Part shown: piece after piece, positions 7,760 to 14,893 of the stretch
Position numbering within the stretch: position 1 is the stretch's first letter
Layout: the number at the start of each line of letters is the position of its first letter
NCBI GenBank assembly: GCA_963728205.1
Contig: CAVSIV010000006.1
Coordinates: 830,831 to 894,830 of the forward strand
Source of the DNA: an uncultured Chloroflexia bacterium
GTDB lineage: Bacteria > Chloroflexota > Dehalococcoidia > UBA2979
DNA length: 64,000 nt
Reading direction: 5' to 3'
Program-made: the position numbers and the translations under genes
Notes under the pieces: generated by a model
What the model was told of the DNA's origin: nothing
Seen by the model: the letters and a program-made list of their open reading frames with translations, nothing else
Database searches by the model: none

Positions 7760-8878
7760 CTACGGGGCCACGGCGTCGGGCGGGACAGTACCAACCGCCC
7801 GCGTCGCCGAGGGCACCACCGTCGCGGGCGCCGTCGAACTCGATGCCGCGGTTCCTCTCCCGTTCGGGGTCCCCGACGGACTCGCCGCTGGGGTGAGAGC
7901 ATCGGTTGTGGCCGGTATGGCGGTCCCCGTCGCCTGTACCGTCGCCGTCACCGTGCTTGTCGGCGTTTCGGTGGTGTCGGCCGTCGGCGTCTCCGTCGCA
8001 GTTACCTCGGACGTCGGCGTCGCCGTCTCCGTCGCCTCGGGCGTCGCCGTCGCCGTCTCCGTCGCCACAGGCGTCCCGGCGTCCCCGTGCGACTCGAGGT
8101 AGCGCGCCGCGGTCACGACGCCCTGGTCGGCCGTCACCTGCGCGGCGCTCAGCGCACCCTCGGCGCCCGCCTCGGGCTTCGCCGTCTGCAGCACCTGCCG
8201 GCTCTGGTTCGCGGCGCGCGCGTACTGCGCGACGGTGCCGGGGTCGACGCGCTCGGGCTGCGCGGCGATCTGCTGCTGCACCGAGGCGTTGTCCTCGGTC
8301 ACGCGGCGGAGGAGGTCGGTCTGCACGGGCACGCCGCGCTGCGTGTTGCTCGCGATCTCGGCGAGCGTGGTCTGCAGCCGTGCGAGCTGCGCGTCGAGCG
8401 AGCGCGGGGTCTGGTTCTCGACGGTCGGGCCGGTCGCCAGCTGCGGCGTGCCGGAAAGGCCGCCGCCGGCGAAGGCGGTGAAGGTGATCGCCGCGGCGGC
8501 GGCCGCGGCGGCCATCGGCGCGAACACCGAGACGACGCGGGTGCGCAGGCGGCGCCGGCGCTCGGCCGCGAGCGACACGGGCGCGCGCTCCATGCGGTGC
8601 AGGATCGCGGCGCGCGAGCGGGCGCGGTAGGAGTCGAAGGCGGGGCCATCGGTGGCGTCGGCGAAGAGGTGCTGGAGGACGGCGGCGGTCTGGACGAGGC
8701 CGGCGAGCGCGGGGTCTTCGCGCGGATCGACGTCGGGCTCGCGACCGGACGCGAGCTCCTCGAGCGCCTCGTCCAGGCGCTGGGCCTCGGCCAGGTCGGC
8801 GGCGTCCCCGGTGAAGAGGGGGTCCCCCCGCCGGGTATCCCCGGCGTCGAAGGAGTGCAGCGGCTGGTCTGCCGACAT
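7760..8878 (-). CDS. anti-sigma-factor-like membrane protein
   Basis: 372 aa from ATG 8876-8878 with a single TM helix (VVSVFAPMAAAAAAAAITFTAFAGG) and a T/E/A/P-rich extracytoplasmic tail. It lies downstream of the ECF sigma gene on the same strand. No zf-HC2 motif was seen. Confidence 0.65.
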   Translation of the reverse strand: MSADQPLHSFDAGDTRRGDPLFTGDAADLAEAQRLDEALEELASGREPDVDPREDPALAGLVQTAAVLQHLFADATDGPAFDSYRARSRAAILHRMERAPVSLAAERRRRLRTRVVSVFAPMAAAAAAAAITFTAFAGGGLSGTPQLATGPTVENQTPRSLDAQLARLQTTLAEIASNTQRGVPVQTDLLRRVTEDNASVQQQIAAQPERVDPGTVAQYARAANQSRQVLQTAKPEAGAEGALSAAQVTADQGVVTAARYLESHGDAGTPVATETATATPEATETATPTSEVTATETPTADTTETPTSTVTATVQATGTAIPATTDALTPAASPSGTPNGRGTAASSSTAPATVVPSATRAVGTVPPDAVAP

Positions 8879-9112
8879 CTCCGACCCGTTCCGGGCCGCC
8901 CACGCGTGGGGCGGCCACACTGTGCCGGTGAGTCGCCGGGCGGCTTGCGCCGGCCGCGCGCCATCGGGGCTGGCGGAGCATCGTCGGTGGCGCCGTGCCG
9001 TGGGTTCGCCCTGCGGCGACTGGCCCCCGCCAGGCTCGGCGGTCCGCGATGATCCTCTCGTGGTCTGCGCGACCGGCGGGCGTTAGGCCCGGGGGTCGCC
9101 TGCTGGTGGCGT

Positions 9113-9330
9113 CAGCAGCGGGCGGTACGCCCGCTGTGCGCCTGTGTGCGGCGGGCCGTGGCCCGCTGTGCGCCTGGCAGCGGGCGGGACGCCCGCTGTG
9201 CGCCTGTGTGCGGCGGGCCGTGGCCCGCTGTGCGCCTGGCAGCGGGCGGGACGCCCGCTGTGCGCCTGGGCAGCGGGCCTACCGCCCGCTGTGCGCCTGG
9301 CAGCGGGCGATACGCCCGCTGTGCGCCTGG
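9113..9330. repeat. tandem array of seven hairpin units between the sigma and anti-sigma genes
   Basis: Units of 29-33 bp. Each is a hairpin, either CAGCGGGCG-NNN-CGCCCGCTG or GCGGGCC-GT-GGCCCGC, followed by TGCGCCTGG. The first four units form two 62-bp higher-order repeats. There are no spacers. Confidence 0.9.
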
Positions 9331-9356
9331 GTCGCGGACGGACGTCCGCGGCGTTC

Positions 9357-10232
9357 CTACTGGTCCGCGCTCCGCACCCAACTGGGCTCGGGGCGCGTGT
9401 CGCGGAGGATCTGCTTCAGGCGCTGCACGCCCTTGTGCTGCAGCACCTTGACGTTGCCCTGCTGCTTCCCGAGCGCCTCGGCCGTTTCCGCGACGGAGAG
9501 GCCGGCGCCGAATCGCAGGCGAATCACGTCGCGCTGCGCTTCGGGGAGCAGTTCGACCGCGTCAAAGACCTCCTCGATCGTCAACTGCGTCTCGGCGAGG
9601 TCCTGCGGGCCGCGGCGCTCGTCCGCGATCCAGTCCGGGACCTCGGCGCCCGGGTCGTCCTTCACCACGCGGCGATGGACGGTGGCCCGGCGGTGGAACG
9701 AGACGACGTGGTTGTGAGCGATGCGGAACAGCCAGGCCGCGAAGGGGCTGCGCTCCCCCGCGCCGATGTCCCGCCACTCGAACCCGTCGACCGCCCCCAG
9801 GACCTTGAGGAAGATCTCTTCCGCGAGGTCCTCCGCGTCCGTCTCGTTGCCGACGCGCGCCAGGCAGTAGCGATACAGCCTGGTGACGTACGCGTCGTAC
9901 AGGAGGCCTACCGCCTCCAGGTCTCCGTGAGCGGCACGCTGCACGTACTCGCGCTCGACGGCGACGGACAGCTGGTTCGGATTCGACGGCGCTGGTCTCG
10001 CGGGATCCCCCGTTCGTCGCGGGGAGTCGGCAGCGGGATCGGCGCCCTCGGCGTGTGGCGAGATGTCTGCCACCGGGCTTCCCTTCGCGCCGGCCCCCGC
10101 TGCGACCGGCCCCGGTGGGCCGTCCAGTGCATCGGGATCGCGGGACGGGCTCCCCGCACCGGCATGACCGGGGAGGTGCGCGTCCGCACGAGTATAGGTG
10201 GCCTGCGCCAAGGGGAGAGGTGTGTCGGACAT
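9357..10232 (-). CDS. ECF (sigma-70 family) RNA polymerase sigma factor
   Basis: 291 aa from ATG 10230-10232. Region 2 (LYRYCLARVGNETDAEDLAEEIFLKV, FAAWLFRIAHNHVVSFHRR) and region 4 (LPEAQRDVIRLRFGAGLSVAETAEALGKQQGNVKVLQHKGVQRLK) are present. It has a P/A/G-rich N-terminal extension of about 95 aa. Confidence 0.9.
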   Translation of the reverse strand: MSDTPLPLAQATYTRADAHLPGHAGAGSPSRDPDALDGPPGPVAAGAGAKGSPVADISPHAEGADPAADSPRRTGDPARPAPSNPNQLSVAVEREYVQRAAHGDLEAVGLLYDAYVTRLYRYCLARVGNETDAEDLAEEIFLKVLGAVDGFEWRDIGAGERSPFAAWLFRIAHNHVVSFHRRATVHRRVVKDDPGAEVPDWIADERRGPQDLAETQLTIEEVFDAVELLPEAQRDVIRLRFGAGLSVAETAEALGKQQGNVKVLQHKGVQRLKQILRDTRPEPSWVRSADQ

Positions 10233-10310
10233 CTCCCACCGCACTATCAACAACGGTACGGACCGTGACCGGGTTAACGGGGGGCGCAGGCGCGGGGGCC
10301 GCATGAGGTG

Positions 10311-10337
10311 TAACGAAGGCGGAGGGGGATTCGTTCC
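10311..10337 (-). promoter_or_regulatory. ECF-type promoter candidate upstream of the sigma gene (autoregulation)
   Basis: On the minus strand, GGAAC (10333-10337), spacer GAATCCCCCTCCGCCTT (17 nt), then CGTTA (10311-10315). It sits between the NYN stop codon and the sigma ATG. Confidence 0.5.
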
Positions 10338-10370
10338 GGGGCGGTTTGCATGGCGCGCGGTCACGCGCCT

Positions 10371-10982
10371 TTACCAGCTCGCTGGCTTCGAGAAGGTCCC
10401 CGTGGCGTCCGTGAGTGTGGTCGGGAACTGACTTGCGGAGAGGACCCCCGCGCGAATCGGTTTGTAGAAGGTCGAGACGTTCCGCAGATCGTACGCCTGC
10501 TTCTTGTGGGGGTTCAGCAGTCCCACCGGCAGCCGCAGGTCATTCATCACGAGCTCAATCGGCGTCTTGAGGTCGGAGTCGTTGGAGATGACGACCGCCT
10601 GTTCGAACCCTCCACGATGCGCATCGTGGAGCGGGTGGCTGGCCAGATTCACGTCGGAGCCCTTCTCCTCGGTGTCATGGACCCACACGTATCCGCCTCC
10701 GTTCACGAGGGGGCGGGACTTCTGCTTTGCGAGGAAGCGCCCGAGGTAGACCGTGACGCACGGAATGTCGCAAGGGCCCGCAGGTCGATCTGTTGTCGCT
10801 GGGCCGCCTGCGGGTCCGACGGGCGGCTGGTCACGGGTGCTGTGAAGTAGCGGATGCGCTGAACTTGATGGCCGGGGAAGCAGGTGCCGGCACAGCGTCT
10901 CGATGTCGATCCACTTGTACACGGTGCCCTTCAGGGCGCCGTAGTACAGGTTGAAACCGTCCACGTACACATTCGTGCGCAT
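10371..10982 (-). CDS. NYN (LabA/PIN-like) domain protein with an internally frame-swapped segment
   Basis: The 203-aa frame is open. MRTNVYVDGFNLYYGALKG and EEKGSDVNLA ... VVISNDSDL ... LLNPHK are NYN-like. About 37 codons (10765-10877) are read in a non-conserved frame. The +1 frame over that stretch encodes the expected GHQVQRIRYFTAPVTSRPSDPQAAQRQQIDLRALAT. Confidence 0.7.
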   Translation of the reverse strand: MRTNVYVDGFNLYYGALKGTVYKWIDIETLCRHLLPRPSSSAHPLLHSTRDQPPVGPAGGPATTDRPAGPCDIPCVTVYLGRFLAKQKSRPLVNGGGYVWVHDTEEKGSDVNLASHPLHDAHRGGFEQAVVISNDSDLKTPIELVMNDLRLPVGLLNPHKKQAYDLRNVSTFYKPIRAGVLSASQFPTTLTDATGTFSKPASW

Positions 10983-11306
10983 AGGCAGAGACCCCCGTCA
11001 CCGGGGGTCTCGCGCCCAGCGGCCGAGGCCACTGGGGGGATATCGGGATCGATCCTGACCCGCCCCGGTCAACATGTCACGCGAGAACGGCCAACAACTA
11101 CCCGCAAATGTGGTGGCCGGGTCCGCCCGCAGCGAAAGCTACCAGCGTTCCTCGCGCGACCGGCACGACACCTGCGGATTTGCAGGGGCGTGCCCGCAAT
11201 CCAGACGGTGCTAGGAAGGGGCCGGCGAGCGAGGATCGCATGCGAACCGCCGTCGGGCCGACCGGCGGCGCGCAGAGCCAACGGGCGGCCACGGGAGTGT
11301 GCGTGT

Positions 11307-11328
11307 TACGATGTATTGCGCTGCAATA
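11307..11328 (+). promoter_or_regulatory. -10-like hexamer plus AT-rich palindromic operator
   Basis: TACGAT (11307-11312), then TATTGC-GCT-GCAATA (11314-11328), just upstream of RBS GCGAGG and the ATG at 11341. Confidence 0.45.
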
Positions 11329-11340
11329 AGCGAGGCCGCG

Positions 11341-11763
11341 ATGCCCCAATCGACCATGAGCCTCCGTCTCGACGACGAGCTGCGCACCCGCCTCGCCGAT
11401 GCCGCCACGCAGGCGGGGACGACCGTCACGGCGCTGGTCGACCGCTTCGTGCGCGAGGGCCTCGCCCTGGACGGCCACCCCGGCATCACGTTCAAGCCCG
11501 GGCCGTCCGGGCGGCGCGCGGCGCTCGCCGGCGGGCCCGACGTCTGGGAGGTGGTAGCCGCGCTGCGCGACGTCGCGGGGACCGGGTCGCAGCGGGTCGC
11601 CGCGCTGGCGGCGCAGTTCGGCATCCACGAGCGCCAGGTCGTCGCGGCGCTCGACTACGCAGCCGCGCACCGCGACGAAGTGGAGGCACGGGTCCGCGCG
11701 AACGACCGTGCGCTCGAGGAGGCGGAGCGCGTGGCCCTCGAACGGGGGCGCCTGCTCGCGTGA
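11341..11763 (+). CDS. antitoxin-like protein (RHH N-terminus plus DUF433-like domain)
   Basis: 140 aa. MSLRLDDELRTRLADAA is RHH-like. ITFKPGPSGRRAALAGGPDVWEVV ... VAALDYAAAHRDEV is DUF433-like. Its stop codon overlaps the GTG of the next gene. Confidence 0.7.
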   Translation: MPQSTMSLRLDDELRTRLADAATQAGTTVTALVDRFVREGLALDGHPGITFKPGPSGRRAALAGGPDVWEVVAALRDVAGTGSQRVAALAAQFGIHERQVVAALDYAAAHRDEVEARVRANDRALEEAERVALERGRLLA

Positions 11764-12092
11764 AGTTCCTCGTCGACGGGATGCTCCCGCCGGCGGTCGC
11801 GGACCTCCTGAACGCCTCCGGGCACGACGCGGTCACCCCGGCCGACCTGGGCGCCCACAGCCTTCCCGACGACGTGCTGGTCCGGCTGGCGACGGCGGAG
11901 GCGCGCGTGATCGTCACCGAGAACGCAAGCGACTTCGCCCGCGTCGCGACGTGCCCGGTGCTGTTCGTCCGCAAGTCATGGTGGCCGACGGGCGCGCTCG
12001 CGGAGGGGCTGGCGCGCTCGCTCGACCGATGGGCGACGGCGCATCCCGACCCCGGGCCGTGGCCGCACTGGCTCGAGTCGACGGAGCGCTGA
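11760..12092 (+). CDS. DUF5615 / Mut7-C PIN-like putative toxin
   Basis: 110 aa from GTG 11760 (GTGA overlap). VKFLVDGMLPPAVADLLNASGHDAV ... VIVTENASDFARV is typical of DUF5615 partners of DUF433 proteins. Confidence 0.7.
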   Translation: MKFLVDGMLPPAVADLLNASGHDAVTPADLGAHSLPDDVLVRLATAEARVIVTENASDFARVATCPVLFVRKSWWPTGALAEGLARSLDRWATAHPDPGPWPHWLESTER

Positions 12093-12117
12093 CCGATCGC
12101 CCGGGGAAGGTGGGCGG

Positions 12118-12213
12118 CGGCGTGGTCACGGGGCGGCGTGGTCGCCAGGGTCGTGGGGTCACGGGGTCGTGGCGTCACGGGGGTCACGGGGTCGTGGGGT
12201 CACGGGGTCGCGC
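12118..12213. repeat. short tandem repeat (about 16-bp unit CGTGGGGTCACGGGGT, about 5.5 copies)
   Basis: Read directly from the sequence. It is intergenic, between the DUF5615 stop codon and the vapB promoter region. Confidence 0.8.
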
Positions 12214-12288
12214 GTTGATCCTCAGCCCGCTCACGCGGCGGCCGTTCGCCGTGGCGTAACTCGAGTCGGTCCGCGGCCACGCGCCTGA

Positions 12289-12317
12289 ATGGTAGAATCG
12301 CCATACGCGATGGTAGA
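12289..12317 (+). promoter_or_regulatory. vapBC promoter/operator candidate
   Basis: TAGAAT (12293-12298) is embedded in a direct repeat of ATGGTAGA (12289-12296 and 12310-12317, 21 nt apart), upstream of RBS GAGGTG and the ATG at 12343. Confidence 0.4.
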
Positions 12318-12342
12318 CGCGGACCCGAGGTGCGACGTGAGC

Positions 12343-12594
12343 ATGAACATCAAGAGCGAGGACGCACACCGACTCGCCCGCGAGTTGGCGTCGCTGACAG
12401 GCGAGAGCGTCACCGCTGCCGTGACGGAGGCCCTGCGCGAGCGCCTCGAGCGCGTTCGCCGCGAGCGGGGCGAAGAGACGCTCGCCGACCGGTTGGCCGC
12501 TATCTGCCGAGCATCCGCGCCACACTTCCGGGAGGGGTTCCGGTCCGCCAATCATGCCGACCTCCTGTACGACCAGCGCGGCCTGCCGCGGTGA
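12343..12594 (+). CDS. vapB: VapB-family antitoxin
   Basis: 83 aa. MNIKSEDAHRLARELASLTGESVTAAVTEALRERLERV is the typical VapB N-terminus. Its TGA stop overlaps the GTG of vapC. Confidence 0.85.
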   Translation: MNIKSEDAHRLARELASLTGESVTAAVTEALRERLERVRRERGEETLADRLAAICRASAPHFREGFRSANHADLLYDQRGLPR

Positions 12595-12986
12595 TCCTCG
12601 AGACCTCCGCGCTTCTCGCGATGCTGCTCGACGAGCCGGACGCCGAGGCGTATCAGCGGGCGATCGACGCTGCGTCGACGCGGCGGATATCCGCGGGCAC
12701 GCTGCTCGAGACGTGCATCGTGGTGGACGGCAACGGCGATGCGGTCGCCGGTCGCCTCCTCGACAATCTCCTCGCCGCAGCGGGGGTCGCGGTTGAGCCG
12801 GTCACGGTGGAGCAGGTGCGCATCGCGCGCGCCGCCTACCGCGACTTCGGCCGGGGAAGCGGTCATCCGGCGCGCCTGAACTTCGGTGACTGCTTCGCGT
12901 ATGCGCTCGCCAGGGCCACCGGCGAGCCGCTGCTGTTCAAGGGCGAGGACTTCGCGCAAACCGACCTCCGCTCCGCGCTGACCTAG
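12591..12986 (+). CDS. vapC: PIN-domain ribonuclease toxin VapC
   Basis: 131 aa from GTG 12591. VILETSALLAMLLDEPD ... ISAGTLLETCIVV ... LNFGDCFAYALA carries the PIN acidic residues. Confidence 0.9.
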   Translation: MILETSALLAMLLDEPDAEAYQRAIDAASTRRISAGTLLETCIVVDGNGDAVAGRLLDNLLAAAGVAVEPVTVEQVRIARAAYRDFGRGSGHPARLNFGDCFAYALARATGEPLLFKGEDFAQTDLRSALT

Positions 12987-12993
12987 CGCGCAA

Positions 12994-13091
12994 CCACAGC
13001 GGCGGCAGACATGCCGCCGACAGAACGCGGACGCCAGTCTGCGCGGCCGGCGCCGGGGCGCCTGTCGGCGGCATGTCTGCCGCCGCTGTGG
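12994..13091. repeat. double-hairpin palindromic element, subfamily A (REPIN-like)
   Basis: Arm CCACAGCGGCGGCAGACATGCCGCCGACAG and its reverse complement flank a 38-nt near-palindromic spacer. It lies 8 nt after the vapC stop and about 105 nt after the convergent stop at 13196. Confidence 0.9.
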
Positions 13092-13195
13092 TTCATGGGG
13101 TGGCCCGCGCACAGAAAGTGGGCGGGCCGCCCCGGGAGAGGCGGCCCGCCTGCGAAGCGGTCGGACGGCGGGCCGGTCCGCCCGCGCGCGCTTCG

Positions 13196-13999
13196 CTACT
13201 TGACGACCAGCACGATCGTGCCGGCGGGAACGGTCGAGGGATACGTCGCGTTGAACTCGGCGTTCACGAACGCCGGGGCGCCGGGGATCAGCACCTGGGC
13301 CTTGCCGTTGACGAAGACCGTCACCGAGATGCCCTGCGCCGCGAGCGTCGCGGACGCCATCTGCTGCACGGTGCCGCCCTGCCAGATCACGGGGTTGACG
13401 CCGACCGTGTCGATCGGGCGGTCGAACTTGCCGAGCAGGTTGACCGCAAGCGCGCTCAGGCTCGTGACGTCGGCGACGTCGTTCGTGCCGTTGGAGACCG
13501 TCGCGTCGCCGTCGAGCGAGATGCCGATCGTGCCGGAGGCGGTGTCGGCGGTGTCGGGCTGCACCTTGATGCCGGACAGCATGAGCGTGTCACCGGCGGC
13601 GGAGCCGGTGGTCACGTTCAGCACGATCTCGTGCTGCGTCGGGGTGACGGTGCCGGTGGCGGCGCCGCCGATCTGGAGCGTGCCGGTGCCGCCGACGGTG
13701 TAGGTGACCGGGGCGGAGGTGTCGAACGACCAGCCGGTCGGGGCCTCGATCTTGATGCCGTTGGCGGTGGTCATCTCGTTGCCGGTCGCCGTGATCGTGA
13801 TCGGCGTGAGCGCCGTGAAGGTGTTGGCGCCGGTCGCGGCGTTGGTCGTCGGCTGGATCACGGCGTCGGCGCGCGTGGTCACCGTCGGCGCCGCGGCCTG
13901 CGCGAGGCCGGGCGCGGCCGCGAGGAGCATGCCGGCCGAGGCCGCGAGTGCAGCGATGGCGGCGCCTCCGCGCCAGGTCCAGGTGCGCAGTCTGCTCAT
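13196..13999 (-). CDS. secreted surface protein with the shared C-terminal module
   Basis: 267 aa from ATG 13997-13999 (RBS GGAGAGGA). Signal peptide GGAAIAALAASAGMLLAAAPGLAQA. It ends GKFDRPIDTVGVNPVIWQGG ... VLIPGAPAFVNAEFNATYPSTVPAGTIVLVVK. Confidence 0.85.
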   Translation of the reverse strand: MSRLRTWTWRGGAAIAALAASAGMLLAAAPGLAQAAAPTVTTRADAVIQPTTNAATGANTFTALTPITITATGNEMTTANGIKIEAPTGWSFDTSAPVTYTVGGTGTLQIGGAATGTVTPTQHEIVLNVTTGSAAGDTLMLSGIKVQPDTADTASGTIGISLDGDATVSNGTNDVADVTSLSALAVNLLGKFDRPIDTVGVNPVIWQGGTVQQMASATLAAQGISVTVFVNGKAQVLIPGAPAFVNAEFNATYPSTVPAGTIVLVVK

Positions 14000-14046
14000 A
14001 GGTGCGTGGTTCCTCTCCTGTGGGTGGTTGCGCTGTCGAGGGTTCC

Positions 14047-14071
14047 AACGACGGCGGGAACGGGAGGGTTC
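14047..14071 (-). promoter_or_regulatory. ECF-type promoter candidate (GAAC-N17-CGTT)
   Basis: On the minus strand, GCGAAC (GAAC at 14068-14071), a 17-nt spacer, then CGTT (14047-14050), 48 nt upstream of the ATG at 13999. The leader length is nearly the same as at 695-720. Confidence 0.4.
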
Positions 14072-14127
14072 GCGCGAGATCGCGCGATCGTGCGGATCGA
14101 TAGGGAATCGATAGGGGCGCATCGCCG

Positions 14128-14224
14128 CCACAGCGGCGGCAGACATGCCGCCGACAGGGACGCGGCGCCAGCCGCGCGGACCGGCGTCCGCGTGCTGTCG
14201 GCGGCATGTCTGCCGCCGCTGTGG
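14128..14224. repeat. double-hairpin palindromic element, subfamily A
   Basis: Both 30-nt arms are intact. It lies 79 nt upstream of the transposase-like ORF. Confidence 0.9.
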
Positions 14225-14302
14225 TTCGCGCAGGTCACCTTGCGGGCGGTGGCCGTCAAGCCTGACGGCGACGGGAATGCGCTCGGCCGCCACCCTGTGC
14301 AC

Positions 14303-14857
14303 ATGGACCGGTACTGGCTGCTCACCTGGACGACGTATGGCACGTGGCTCCCCGGCGATCCCCGCGGCTCCACGCTGCGCGTCCCCGACGTGGACGGCGA
14401 CGGACGCTCGCGGACGTTCCTTCGGCTGAAGGGCGAGGGCGGCCGCGCCCGCGGGCTCGCCCGCAGCGCGGCGCGGCGGATGACGGGGCCGCCGGCGCGG
14501 CTCACGGCGGACGAGGCGCGGGTCGTCCTGGACGAGATCCGCTCGCAGGCGCGCTTCCGGCGATGGGCGCTGCCGGCATGCGCGGTGATGGCGAATCACG
14601 TCCACGCCGTCGTGGGACTCGGCCCGGATGAGGAGCCGTCGCGCGCGCTGCACGCGTTCAAGGCGTACGCGAGCCGCGCGCTGAACGACCGCCGCGGACG
14701 ACCGGCGGGAGGCACGTGGTGGACGCAGTCGGGATCCACGCAGCGGCTGCGATGGGAGGCGAACGGCGTCGCCGCCGTGCGCTACGTGCGCGAGCAGCCC
14801 TACCCGCTCGCGGTCTGGATCGCACCGGGCGTCGACCCAACCGGCGGCGGTGGCTGA
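14303..14857 (+). CDS. Y1 (HUH) tyrosine transposase-like protein, REP-associated (RAYT-like)
   Basis: 184 aa. MDRYWLLTWTTYGTWLPGDPRG, the HUH motif in VMANHVHAVVG, and the C-terminal Tyr motif AVRYVREQPYP. These are the layout of IS200/IS605-type TnpA and RAYT proteins. Confidence 0.75.
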   Translation: MDRYWLLTWTTYGTWLPGDPRGSTLRVPDVDGDGRSRTFLRLKGEGGRARGLARSAARRMTGPPARLTADEARVVLDEIRSQARFRRWALPACAVMANHVHAVVGLGPDEEPSRALHAFKAYASRALNDRRGRPAGGTWWTQSGSTQRLRWEANGVAAVRYVREQPYPLAVWIAPGVDPTGGGG

Positions 14858-14893
14858 CGGGGCGCCGGGCGGCGATCGCCGACACGCCGCCAC

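Noticed and set aside
7173-8981. A long 602-aa ORF on the minus strand, and similar long ORFs at 19690-21309, 19952-21742, 21739-23013, 28120-29736, 29799-32090, 41714-43591, 46095-48620, 48569-50395 and 50169-51686.
   Set aside because: Their translations are Arg/Pro/Gly/Ala-rich with no motifs. They are alternative-frame or antisense readings of clearly homologous genes or low-complexity regions. Stop-poor off-frames like these are expected in very GC-rich DNA.
9113-9330. A regular array of about 30-bp palindromic repeats that looks like a CRISPR array at first glance.
   Set aside because: The units abut each other with no unique spacers, alternate between two unit types, and have no cas genes nearby. 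This is a tandem hairpin repeat, not a CRISPR array.
13011-13703. ORFs beginning MPPT(A/E/G)RG or containing RRQTCRRQ / CRRHVCRRCG (for example 13011-13703, 13590-14207, 14145-14429, 2594-2896, 52595-53254 N-terminus).
   Set aside because: These peptides are simply translations of the palindromic element arms (CAGACATGCCGCCGACAG contains an ATG). They recur wherever an element occurs, on both strands, and are not genes.
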